Shown here: one piece after another, positions 28,325 through 39,418 of the stretch | Layout: each line of letters begins with the position of its first letter | Numbering within the stretch: the first letter of the stretch is position 1 | Assembly (NCBI GenBank): GCA_027450065.1 | Contig: DAIDKK010000001.1 | Span: forward strand, 13,438 to 77,437 | Reading direction: 5' to 3' | DNA length: 64,000 bases | From: Candidatus Saccharimonadota bacterium | GTDB taxonomy: Bacteria; Patescibacteriota; Saccharimonadia; Saccharimonadales; UBA4665 | Notes under the pieces: model-generated | What the model was told of the DNA's origin: nothing | Seen by the model: the letters and a program-made list of their open reading frames with translations, nothing else | Database searches by the model: none | Program-made: the position numbers and the translations under genes

Positions 28325-28879
28325 TTAATTGTGAATTTTTCTATAGTGCTTATATCCAAGCAAACTCAGAACTGCCATAGCGATAGCTGCCACAAAAGAA
28401 GCAAGCGCTACCCATTTTGCAATGATGCCAAATGTCCAGAAGCCATAACCATCACCAAGTAACATTCCTCGAAGCGTCTCTCCCTGGAACAGGGTTGCCT
28501 TTTGCGCTTGTAATGTTGCATTCGTGGGGTTGGCCTTTGCCTCGGTGCTAATTTCTGCGTAGGTTTTGCCGCCGGCAATGGCTTCCAGGTGACGACCGAT
28601 AAATCCATCGGCATATGCCTTTGCCATCTCGCCGTCTGCAACTTGCTTACCACCATATTTTTGCAGATCAGGGAATTCGCTTGCTGGTAGGCCTGCGCTT
28701 CCTGCAGCGGGGAAGAATATTTTCTGCGAGCTTAGCTGATCGTGAACCATATTCGTTGCAAACCTAAATCCATACCAAGCCAATGATCCGACTACTATCA
28801 GCAACACAGTCGCCGCTGTGCCGAGTAGTACGAAGACTTTGTCGATAGTCTTTCTATCTGATGATTTTTTCTTGGGCAT
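28325..28879 (-). CDS. Hypothetical membrane protein (2 TM)
   Basis: N- and C-terminal TM helices; conserved-looking GGKTYAE and TLFQGETLRGMLL. Confidence 0.75.
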   Translation of the reverse strand: MPKKKSSDRKTIDKVFVLLGTAATVLLIVVGSLAWYGFRFATNMVHDQLSSQKIFFPAAGSAGLPASEFPDLQKYGGKQVADGEMAKAYADGFIGRHLEAIAGGKTYAEISTEAKANPTNATLQAQKATLFQGETLRGMLLGDGYGFWTFGIIAKWVALASFVAAIAMAVLSLLGYKHYRKIHN

Positions 28880-29044
28880 ATATCTACCTTCTGTTAAGAT
28901 TTTTACATTGTATTCATAGCATAATGCTTATGTATAAAAATAGCTACAACTTCTAGGAGGATGCTCGCGTGCTGTATTTGGAAAGGGGTAGAGGCACATC
29001 TTTGACCATACGAAAAGGGCCACATAAGCGTGGCCCTTTTCGTA

Positions 29045-29120
29045 TGGTCGGGGTGACAGGACTTGAACCTGCGACCTCACGGCCCCCAGCCGTACGCGCT
29101 ACCAACTGCGCTACACCCCG
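29045..29120 (-). tRNA. tRNA-Pro(GGG)
   Basis: CGGGGTG...CACCCCG-ACCA; anticodon CT-GGG-GG. Confidence 0.95.
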
Positions 29121-29235
29121 TCGTCGAAGCCTGCGCACAAGCCTCATCGTGCCATTTGGCAAAAGCTTCGGCCTAGTACGGTGCTTCTCCTCTCAAAACT
29201 TCATTCGGTCGCTTCGCTCCCTGGATTAAAGTTTT
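29121..29235 (-). repeat. Dispersed structured repeat family B, copy 2 (abuts tRNA-Pro 5' end)
   Basis: Colinear with 18439-18555. Confidence 0.85.
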
Positions 29236-29308
29236 GGATTGCTTCATGCAATGTGTTCGATTATAGCATTTTAGAGATTCGATGAGTATGGCATGCTAAG
29301 ATAAGCGT

Positions 29309-30013
29309 ATGTGGAATGAAACAAAACATGGCCTATATAAACAATTTGTTTTCGAAGACTTTCAGCATGCGTGGGATTTCATGACTCGCACCGCCGAGGT
29401 CATTAGCCAGCTTGATCACCATCCACGCTGGCAAAATGAATGGAACGTTGTTGAGTTTTGGTTGACAACTCATGGCGCCAGGCGTGAAATTACGGACAGG
29501 GACTGGGAACTCGCACGAGCCATCGATGCGCTTTCAGAAGATCCTGCTCCGTCAACTTTAGTAGATAAAAACACAACAAAAATAACAGAGGTGCAGTTGT
29601 ATGCAGACGGTGGCTCTCGTGGCAATCCAGGACCTTCTGCAAGTGGATTTGTTATTCTCGATATGACGGGAAACATTGTGCACGAGCAGGGTGTATATCT
29701 AGGAATTACAACGAATAATCAGGCAGAATACCAAGCTTTAAAAATTGGTCTTGAGACTGTACTAGAAAAATTTCAGTCGCGTGAGGTACACGTGTACATG
29801 GATAGTCTGCTGGTGATAAACCAAATGAAACGGATATTCAAAGTTAAGAATCGCGATCTGTGGCCCGTTCATGATGCTATCGTGAAACTTGTTCCAAGAT
29901 TTCAAAAAGTTAGCTTTGATCACGTGCCACGTGAATTAAATAAGCTAGCAGACACAGAAGTAAATAAGGCACTGGACAGCGAGCTCAAGATAAATACTCA
30001 GCGCATTGCGTAG
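29309..30013 (+). CDS. Pterin-4a-carbinolamine dehydratase domain fused to RNase HI
   Basis: F.DF..A..F......DHHP...N.W..V...LTTH..ITDRD..LA..ID, then YADGGSRGNPG, TNNQAEY, DSLLV and VPRELNKLAD. Confidence 0.88.
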   Translation: MWNETKHGLYKQFVFEDFQHAWDFMTRTAEVISQLDHHPRWQNEWNVVEFWLTTHGARREITDRDWELARAIDALSEDPAPSTLVDKNTTKITEVQLYADGGSRGNPGPSASGFVILDMTGNIVHEQGVYLGITTNNQAEYQALKIGLETVLEKFQSREVHVYMDSLLVINQMKRIFKVKNRDLWPVHDAIVKLVPRFQKVSFDHVPRELNKLADTEVNKALDSELKINTQRIA

Positions 30014-30078
30014 ATTATGGGCAACGGTTGTAATATTCTTTTTTCTATAGTGTTTTAGGGTGATGGTATACTGAAAGG

Positions 30079-30418
30079 GTCAGATAGTTAACTGATCGCT
30101 GGCTTCCTAACGGAAGCGAGAGGAAAGTCCGGACAGCACAGGGAAGGACAGTCGCTAACGGCGACCGGGGGTAACCCTAGGGAAAGTGCCACAGAAACGA
30201 AACAGCTACAGTTTACTGGAGCAAGGATGAAACGAGTGGGGTAAGAGCCCACAGTCATATATGGTGACATATATGAGAGGTAAACCCTGTCCGCTGCAAG
30301 GAGTAGGCTATCAGAGTACCCGCTACGCCTGCGTTAATAATCCGCTTGAGCCCACTGGCAACAGTCGGCCTAGATAGATGATCAGTCACGACAAAACCCG
30401 GCTTACCGATTATCTGGC
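30079..30418 (+). ncRNA. rnpB: RNase P RNA
   Basis: GAGGAAAGTCCGGAC, GGAAAGTGCCACAGAAA, CTAGATAGATGA, ACAAAACCCGGCTTA; P1 gtcagatagt/attatctggc. Confidence 0.95.
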
Positions 30419-30425
30419 AGATATG

Positions 30426-30455
30426 AAAACACCCCGCTATAAACGGGGTGTTTTT
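30426..30455. terminator. Bidirectional terminator between rnpB and rplT
   Basis: aaaacaccccg-ctataaa-cggggtgttttt. Confidence 0.8.
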
Positions 30456-30472
30456 CTTTGCAGGTTTGGTGT

Positions 30473-30817
30473 TTATTTGGTCGAAGCTTTGACGATTGCT
30501 TCAAAAGCCTTTGGTTCATTTACAGCTAGCTCGGCAAGAACTTTACGGTCGAGCTCAATGTTGGCGGTCTTCAAGCTGGCAATCAGCTGGCTGTAGGTCG
30601 TTCCATTCAAGCGTGCGGCTGCGTTTATACGGGTATTCCAGAGTGCACGAAAGGTGCGCTTGTGGTTGCGTCTATCACGATAGGCAAACTGTAGGCTGCG
30701 TGTAACGGCTTGCTTGCCACGCTTGATACTAACCCGGTTTGGGTGGGACATGCCCTTTGTCGCTTGCCGAATTTTCTGGTGCTTCGCGTGACCAGCAACG
30801 CCTCGTTTGACTCGCAT
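30473..30817 (-). CDS. rplT: 50S ribosomal protein L20
   Basis: MRVKRG, AYRDRR..KR.FR.LW..RINAA, LDRKVLAELA. Confidence 0.97.
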   Translation of the reverse strand: MRVKRGVAGHAKHQKIRQATKGMSHPNRVSIKRGKQAVTRSLQFAYRDRRNHKRTFRALWNTRINAAARLNGTTYSQLIASLKTANIELDRKVLAELAVNEPKAFEAIVKASTK

Positions 30818-30819
30818 TG

Positions 30820-31014
30820 TTAGACTCCTAACTTCTTACGGATTATCTTGGTGTTGGTTGCGGATAATGTTTCCAGGCCTGCAAGCTTGCGCTTACGAGC
30901 ACCGGTCTTCTTCTGCAAGAAGTGACTGGCGTGGCTATGACGGGTGCGTACTTTACCATTTTTAGTAACGCGTACACGATCCTTGGTGCCGCTATGACTC
31001 TTTAACTTTGGCAT
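30820..31014 (-). CDS. rpmI: 50S ribosomal protein L35
   Basis: MPKLKSHSGTKDRVRVTKNGKV; lies between infC and rplT. Confidence 0.95.
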   Translation of the reverse strand: MPKLKSHSGTKDRVRVTKNGKVRTRHSHASHFLQKKTGARKRKLAGLETLSATNTKIIRKKLGV

Positions 31015-31522
31015 GTTGGGTGCTCCTTATGACGAATGTTAACTGCTTGCCGTTTAATTGTGGCGTTTGATCAACTGCGATAGTATCACCGAATTGGTTA
31101 ATAACGCGCTCTGCAAGCTTAAATCCAATATCTTTGTGTGCTAGTTCGCGTCCACGGAAGAAAAGGGTTATTTTTACCTTGTGACCTATTTCTAAGAAGC
31201 CACTAACTTTCTTCATTTTCACCGCAAGATCATGATCGCCAATCTTGAGCCCGAAGCGCATCTGCTTCATATCAAGGACTTTCGTATTCTTACGATTACG
31301 CTGTTGTTGCTTCGTTTTTTGGTAATTGTATTTGCCCCAGTCAGTTATCTTGCATACCGGTGGGTCGGTATTTGGTGATATCTCGACAAGGTCAAGCTCT
31401 TGTTCGGCGGCGAGTTGCAACGCTTCTCCGCGGCTCAATATTCCGAGCTGTTTACCATCTTGGTCAATAACCCGAAGCTGTGGTGCCCGAATCTGTGTGT
31501 TCAGGCGCGTACTAGTGCTGAT
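30992..31522 (-). CDS. infC: Translation initiation factor IF-3 (non-canonical ATC start)
   Basis: The frame extends upstream through RLNTQIRAPQLRVIDQDGKQLG to ATC at 31522, 7 nt after AAGGAG; LDLVEISPN.DPPVCKI. Confidence 0.93.
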   Translation of the reverse strand: MSTSTRLNTQIRAPQLRVIDQDGKQLGILSRGEALQLAAEQELDLVEISPNTDPPVCKITDWGKYNYQKTKQQQRNRKNTKVLDMKQMRFGLKIGDHDLAVKMKKVSGFLEIGHKVKITLFFRGRELAHKDIGFKLAERVINQFGDTIAVDQTPQLNGKQLTFVIRSTQHAKVKES

Positions 31523-31600
31523 TATGGATCTCCTTTATATTTTTCGTCTCTAGATTGTAACAGACAAGGGAACAGAGGTCAACGTTGAATCTGTATAGAC

Positions 31601-33136
31601 TTACTGTTCATCGTATTGGTGGGGCCGATACTGGAGCGCTTCAGCGATATGTTTTACGGTGATAAGGTCCGAATTATCCAGATCGGCAATGGTACGAGCC
31701 ACTTTTACGCTCCGCATGTAGGCTCGCGGGCTAAGACCAAATTTTTCTGCTGCAGTATCAAGCATATCTTTTGCCTGTGGTTCAAGTTTTGCGTGTGATT
31801 TTACTTCACGGTTGTTCATATCAGCGTTTAATTTCGTTGCGCTGTTAAAACGTTGTGCCTGTCGATCTCGAGCCTGTGCCACCTTTACTCGGACTGTTTT
31901 AGTTGTCTGGCCCGATGAAGGAGTATCTGATAGTAACCGCCGGTTATCGATTTCATGCACGTTTACGTACAAATCAATTCGGTCGAGAATCGGGCCAGAC
32001 AGCTTTCTTCGATACTGTATTACCTGGTGGGGGAGACAGCGACAGGGCTTCGTTGTTCCATAGTTACCGCAAGGGCAAGGATTTGCGGTTGCAACAAAAA
32101 TAAAATGAGCTGGATATTCGGCAGTTTCTTTCGCGCGTGCAATCGTTACCTTCCTATCTTCCAGTGGTTGCCGGAGCGCTTCGATAGTCACTCGAGCAAA
32201 TTCAGGTAATTCATCAAACAGTAGCACGCCTCTATGACTTAAGCTCAATTCGCCAGGCCGTACACTATTACCACCACCGACGATTGCAACATTACTGGCG
32301 CTGTGATGGGGTGAGCGAAACGGACGGCAAGTTATAAGTTGATTGAAGTCATTACTGGCGAGGCTATGGAGGTGGGTGACCTGAAGCATTTCCTCACGGC
32401 TCATCGGAGGAAGTAAACCAGGCAGCACTTGGGCAAGCATGCTTTTGCCAGTTCCGGGCGGGCCGCCCAGTAATACGTTATGACCACCGGCAGCGCTAAT
32501 CTCGATAGCTCGCTTACCGAGCTCTTGCCCTATAACATCTTCCAGCAGGGGTTGATTGTTGTCTGCGTCTGGGGTTGCATCTAGGGAATTCACGATTCGA
32601 GCAGTATCAATAATAGGGGGCTTCTTTTGCTCATTGAGATAGCTATATAGCTCCGTAAGACTAGCGACGGGTATAATTTGTATGTTGGGCACTAGCTTGG
32701 CTTGCTCAAGGTTGCCCTGGGGAATGATAAAGGTATCGATACCGTAATGTTTACCGGCGAGTAGCTTACCGATAATGCCCCGAACTGGCCGTACACCACC
32801 TTCGAGGCCAAGCTCACCAATTATGGCACAGTTCTTGGGCACGTGAAGCAATTGTCCGGATGCTTGCAGGACGGCGGCCGCAATAGCTACGTCAAAGCCA
32901 GTACTTTCTTTAGGAATATCTGCAGGCGCTAAATTGATTGTGATGCGTTTAACGGGAAGTGTAAGGTTAGAGCTGGCAAACGCATTCCGAATTCTTTCTT
33001 TCGCTTCGTCAACGGCTTTATTGGCGTACCCGACGATAAGAATATTGGGCAAACCTTTAGTGAGCTGACACTCAATATCCACAACCAAACCATTTTGGCC
33101 AGTTTCCACCACCCCACGTATGTGCTGGGCTCTCAT
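31601..33136 (-). CDS. comM: YifB/ComM Mg-chelatase-like AAA ATPase
   Basis: ITINLAPAD, GELGLEG, GPPGTGKSMLA, RSPHH, LFDELPEF, NPCPCG, SGPILDRID. Confidence 0.9.
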   Translation of the reverse strand: MRAQHIRGVVETGQNGLVVDIECQLTKGLPNILIVGYANKAVDEAKERIRNAFASSNLTLPVKRITINLAPADIPKESTGFDVAIAAAVLQASGQLLHVPKNCAIIGELGLEGGVRPVRGIIGKLLAGKHYGIDTFIIPQGNLEQAKLVPNIQIIPVASLTELYSYLNEQKKPPIIDTARIVNSLDATPDADNNQPLLEDVIGQELGKRAIEISAAGGHNVLLGGPPGTGKSMLAQVLPGLLPPMSREEMLQVTHLHSLASNDFNQLITCRPFRSPHHSASNVAIVGGGNSVRPGELSLSHRGVLLFDELPEFARVTIEALRQPLEDRKVTIARAKETAEYPAHFIFVATANPCPCGNYGTTKPCRCLPHQVIQYRRKLSGPILDRIDLYVNVHEIDNRRLLSDTPSSGQTTKTVRVKVAQARDRQAQRFNSATKLNADMNNREVKSHAKLEPQAKDMLDTAAEKFGLSPRAYMRSVKVARTIADLDNSDLITVKHIAEALQYRPHQYDEQ

Positions 33137-33459
33137 ATACTTGTAGGCCCGATTATACAACCGAATTAATAGAAAGCAACCCATCGTGTAGGTCGATGGG
33201 TTGCTTGGCCGATAATAGATTTTTCAGGTGTTGGTTTTTCGTGAAACAACGGCCTGCGAGAAGCCGTTGTTTGTATTTGTTTCGTCTTTTTATTTTTGAG
33301 CACTTTTTTTACTCAAGTGCTACGAATATAATATGCGTAACAAACATGCTTGTCAATAATAAAAACATAACCGAAATGTGTATTTTTGCTGACATATTTA
33401 TACCGCATATACACGGTCTTTTGTACAAGCAGTTAGCATCCATGAAAAGCAAAAGCATA

Positions 33460-33488
33460 TTGACAAATGGGCTGCTATGTAGTAGCAT
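33460..33488 (+). promoter_or_regulatory. Sigma70 promoter
   Basis: TTGACA-17 nt-TAGCAT. Confidence 0.65.
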
Positions 33489-33494
33489 TGAACT

Positions 33495-33678
33495 TGGTAA
33501 GCCAAAACAAAAACTTACAATTTACGTTTAGCGCTCGACTCACCTTACCGGTGATGAGAGCGGTCAGTCAAGTCGAAGGCGATAAGCGCTATATAGTTAT
33601 TTTAACGAGCGGATTTATCGCCTTTCGACACCAAGTATAGTATCGAGCGCCGTAGGCAATCAGCCTGCGGCGTGTTTT
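33495..33678 (+). ncRNA. Candidate structured RNA (6S-like rod with central bubble)
   Basis: Outer stem gcgctcga/tcgagcgc, inner stem gtcgaaggcgataa/ttatcgcctttcgac, then a terminator-like hairpin. Confidence 0.45.
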
Positions 33679-33690
33679 AATGAAGGATAG

Positions 33691-34053
33691 ATGAATATGC
33701 GAAAACAAGCAGCCAGAACAGCCTTAATATGGGGGATTCTCATCATATTCATGCTGTTCACTCGTCCAGTAAACATGCCGGTGTATATCTTATTTATCCC
33801 ATTTATAATGTTGGCGTTTGGTGTTTTTAGCTTGTGGCAACTTATCATCATGATTTACACACATGCAGGAGGCAAAAAAGATGGGGAATTGTCGAGAAAG
33901 CAGCGCGCTGCAGGCATTTCCGTGAGCCTGCTATCGGTTGTAATTATTGGTCTGCAGTCTATAGGAGAAATGACTCCAAAAGATGTCATCACCGTTTCCT
34001 TGCTCGCACTTGGAGCGTATTTTTACTTCGTACGAAATCTGATTCGGGACTAA
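33691..34053 (+). CDS. Hypothetical 4-TM membrane protein
   Basis: Four hydrophobic segments; LQSIG.....D motif. Confidence 0.7.
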   Translation: MNMRKQAARTALIWGILIIFMLFTRPVNMPVYILFIPFIMLAFGVFSLWQLIIMIYTHAGGKKDGELSRKQRAAGISVSLLSVVIIGLQSIGEMTPKDVITVSLLALGAYFYFVRNLIRD

Positions 34054-34109
34054 CCAAAATACCCAGCAGGTCTACTCATGGGAGCCGTAACGGTATATAC
34101 TTAATAGAG

Positions 34110-34388
34110 ATGGATAATTTACCTATACCAATCCAGCCGGAAGCGCAAAATATGCCCGCATATGTTGCTCAAGGTGTCCAGCCAGCAGGACAAAGCCCGA
34201 CCATGCTAACCTCTACTGACCCAAAAATATTATTGGATCAAGCGACAGCGCAGGTTGAACAGATTGTTGCGGCTACGCCTTTGAGCCCTTCCAATCGAGC
34301 CATGCAGATTCAGACGGTCAAAGCAGCTTATGTAAAGGCCCGCTATAATATTGAAATTCCAGCTCAACCAGCTCAATACTATGAATAG
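34110..34388 (+). CDS. Hypothetical protein
   Basis: ATG 8 nt after TATACT; Pro/Gln-rich N-terminus and helical C-terminus (KAAYVKARY). Confidence 0.6.
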   Translation: MDNLPIPIQPEAQNMPAYVAQGVQPAGQSPTMLTSTDPKILLDQATAQVEQIVAATPLSPSNRAMQIQTVKAAYVKARYNIEIPAQPAQYYE

Positions 34389-34423
34389 TAATTCAAAGAA
34401 ATAACTGCGGAATATAGTAAACG

Positions 34424-37339
34424 ATGTTATTAAGTCTACAAAAATTGAATGAAAAAAAGCTACGTTATGAACGTGGTTTATCCATGGTACCACTTCTCAT
34501 CCACCTGCCTCCTGCGAGTGAAGACACGGAGTTAAATGGGCGAGATGTGAGGGATCTAGTAGATGAAAATATTTCAAAAGCACAGATTATTTACAACATT
34601 ATTTCTAGCACGATTGAAGAAAATTTTAAAAATCGTTTTCACGGACAAAGACATTTCGCATTTGAGATTGTAGGGTCAAAAGGCTTTGTACATCTATATG
34701 CTGCAGTGCCGGCGGACTTCATTGACGTCATGCAGCAAGCGATAGTGAGCGCATATCCAAGCGCCCGAATAGAAATTGTTTCCGAACACAATATTTTTAG
34801 TCAAGTGGGTGGCATGAATGCAATTATTGGAGGCCAGCTCAACCTAAAAGAAAAGTTCGCCTACCCAATCGCAACATACCAGGATTTAAAGCGGGATGCG
34901 TTCCAGTCTATTCTAAACGCACTATCTGGTATGCAAAATGATGATGGTGCTGCGATACAGATACTCTTTCGACCAACCAATGAAGGCTGGAGAAAAGAAG
35001 CTTCTAGCGTCGCAAGCGCCAAGCGCAAAGGAACCGACAAGCCAATATCGGCTGGGGCATTAGCGAAGGATTTTGTGACGGCATTCGTAAAGCCACCTGA
35101 GTCCAAAGATCAGCTGGATAAACCGAAAGAAATCTCATCTCTCGAGCAATCAATTATTGACGCCATTGAAGATAAGACACGCCACCCAGGTTTTGAAGTG
35201 GCTATTCGTGTGATTGCGTCGTCGAACCTCTCGCAGCGCTCTCAGACGACTATTAATAATATTGTGGCAAGTTTTTCGTTGTTTAACGCGCCGGGCAAGA
35301 ACGGCTTCGAGTATCATGCCACGCACGATCCGTCTGATCTAGTCACGAATTATCTGCTACGTACATTCCCGCAGCACAAAAAAAAGAATATTTTGAACTC
35401 AGTAGAATTGGCGACAATATTCCATTTTCCGGATCAACGAAATATCCCAACTTCGCAGCTAGAGCGCCAAGATTCAAAGCAGGTTGACGCGCCACGCAAT
35501 ATGCCTGAGTCTGGACTGCTTTTGGGGTATAACATGTTCCGCGGGACGAAGAAGCCGGTGCGGATTGGCCTGTCCGATCGGCAGCGGCATATGTATGTCG
35601 TAGGGCAGACTGGTACCGGTAAATCAACTTTTCTGGAGAATCTAGCCTTGCAAGACATGCTGCGGGGGGATGGCTTTGCGTTTGTGGATCCACACGGTGA
35701 TACGGCTGAAAAACTGCTAGCAATGGTGCCGAAAGAGCGAACTGAGGACGTTATCTATTTCTGCCCCTCCGACATGGCCTACCCGATGGGGCTGAACCTG
35801 TTCGAATTCCATACGCCGGATCAAAAGGACTTCCTTATTCAGGAGGTACTCAATATGCTATATAAGTTGTATGACCCACAGCACCAAGGCATAATGGGGC
35901 CGCGCTATGAAAGCATATTTCGCAATGCTGCATTAGCCGTTATGGCAGACCCTGCAGGTGGAACTTTCGTTGATATACCGAAGCTATTCCGTGATCCAGA
36001 ATTTTTACGACAGAAACTAAAGCACGTCGTTGATCCAAACGTGTTGGACTATTGGCAGAAGGAATATCCCGCAAGCCAGCGTTCAAACGATGCCGGCGAA
36101 GTGACGAGCTGGTTCGTTAGTAAATTTGGCGCATTCTTGAGTAACGAGATGATGCGCAATATCATCGGCCAGACAAAAAGCGCCTTTGATTTACGTGACA
36201 TCATGGACAACAAGAAGATTTTACTCGTGAACCTCAGCAAAGGTCGCACGGGTGACCTGAACAGTAAGCTACTTGGTATGATTTTTGTGATGAAATTTCA
36301 AGCGGCGGCCATGAGCCGTTCTGATGTCCCCGAAAGCGAACGCAAAGATTTTGCATTGTATGTGGATGAGTTCCAGAATTTTTCAACCGATAGCTTTGCA
36401 ACCATAATGAGTGAGGCTCGAAAGTATCACCTGAACCTTATAGTAGCAAACCAATTTACCACACAGCTCACAGAAGAAATCAGGGATGCCGTATTTGGAA
36501 ATATTGGTACGATAGTAGCATTTCGCATTGGACAAAACGATGTCGATAGTTTGAGCCGCTATTTCCAGCCGCAATTTGATGGTGATGATTTATTGCGAGT
36601 GCCGAATGCAAATACGGTCGTACGTACCTTGATAGGCGGGGTTCCAACTCAGCCCTTTAGTATGGCGACATTACCGCCCCTAGGAAACCCCAATCCTGAC
36701 TTAGCGGGTGCGCTCAAGCAGCTTTCAGCTGCAAAATATGGTCGACCTCGAACGGTAGTCGAGAAAGAAATATTTGAACGTCTTGCTACAAAAGCGCCCG
36801 CGCCAATGCCATTTGCCAATCCGTTTGCAACATCTGGGGCGACCCAACCAGCTACTCGTATACCAGGGCCTTCACCTGCAGTACCAGCTGCTACTTCAGG
36901 TTCATTTTTGGACGAATGGCTGGCGAAGCAAAAGACAATGGCAGCAGCTCCTGATCCTAAGCTTTCTTCGCTATCTCAACCAACTCAGGCAGGTAGCCCT
37001 GTCGCGGTGCCTACTCCCTCGGTAGCCTCCGCGATAACTCAGCCTACCTCGTCGCAGCAACTCACCCCATCAGATAGTGAGTCAGCCGATTCATATGACG
37101 GCGGAAACGTGTCGAGCGCACAGCTTGATCAGCAAGAGGTGAAAGATATTGCAGCTGAACTCAGAAAAGGCTTGAGCGCGCCTGTAGAGGCCCCAGGGGC
37201 CCCATCTACGCCACCCAATACTCCACCAGCTGCCCCTCCAGTTCTGAATGCGATGACACCTAATACCTCACTTGCGGAGGATGACACAATCTATATTGAT
37301 AGTGATGGTGTTATGCATCAAAAGGGTGTCGATTCCTAG
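34424..37339 (+). CDS. VirD4/TraD-HerA-like P-loop ATPase with Pro/Ala-rich tail
   Basis: RQRHMYVVGQTGTGKST, FVDPHGD, YVDEFQNF, SEARKY, VANQF. Confidence 0.88.
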   Translation: MLLSLQKLNEKKLRYERGLSMVPLLIHLPPASEDTELNGRDVRDLVDENISKAQIIYNIISSTIEENFKNRFHGQRHFAFEIVGSKGFVHLYAAVPADFIDVMQQAIVSAYPSARIEIVSEHNIFSQVGGMNAIIGGQLNLKEKFAYPIATYQDLKRDAFQSILNALSGMQNDDGAAIQILFRPTNEGWRKEASSVASAKRKGTDKPISAGALAKDFVTAFVKPPESKDQLDKPKEISSLEQSIIDAIEDKTRHPGFEVAIRVIASSNLSQRSQTTINNIVASFSLFNAPGKNGFEYHATHDPSDLVTNYLLRTFPQHKKKNILNSVELATIFHFPDQRNIPTSQLERQDSKQVDAPRNMPESGLLLGYNMFRGTKKPVRIGLSDRQRHMYVVGQTGTGKSTFLENLALQDMLRGDGFAFVDPHGDTAEKLLAMVPKERTEDVIYFCPSDMAYPMGLNLFEFHTPDQKDFLIQEVLNMLYKLYDPQHQGIMGPRYESIFRNAALAVMADPAGGTFVDIPKLFRDPEFLRQKLKHVVDPNVLDYWQKEYPASQRSNDAGEVTSWFVSKFGAFLSNEMMRNIIGQTKSAFDLRDIMDNKKILLVNLSKGRTGDLNSKLLGMIFVMKFQAAAMSRSDVPESERKDFALYVDEFQNFSTDSFATIMSEARKYHLNLIVANQFTTQLTEEIRDAVFGNIGTIVAFRIGQNDVDSLSRYFQPQFDGDDLLRVPNANTVVRTLIGGVPTQPFSMATLPPLGNPNPDLAGALKQLSAAKYGRPRTVVEKEIFERLATKAPAPMPFANPFATSGATQPATRIPGPSPAVPAATSGSFLDEWLAKQKTMAAAPDPKLSSLSQPTQAGSPVAVPTPSVASAITQPTSSQQLTPSDSESADSYDGGNVSSAQLDQQEVKDIAAELRKGLSAPVEAPGAPSTPPNTPPAAPPVLNAMTPNTSLAEDDTIYIDSDGVMHQKGVDS

Positions 37340-37425
37340 GCTGAATAGGGGGCCCTCCCATCTTGTAGAAACGTCAAAAAGAAGTTATACTAGATTCAGT
37401 ACAAAGGTGTAGAACCAAAATCTAG

Positions 37426-39417
<1,992 letters not shown>

Positions 39418-39418
39418 T

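Noticed and set aside
33196..33531. 111-aa ORF
   Set aside because: It lies in AT-rich intergenic DNA, overlaps a clear promoter, and has no protein-like motif.
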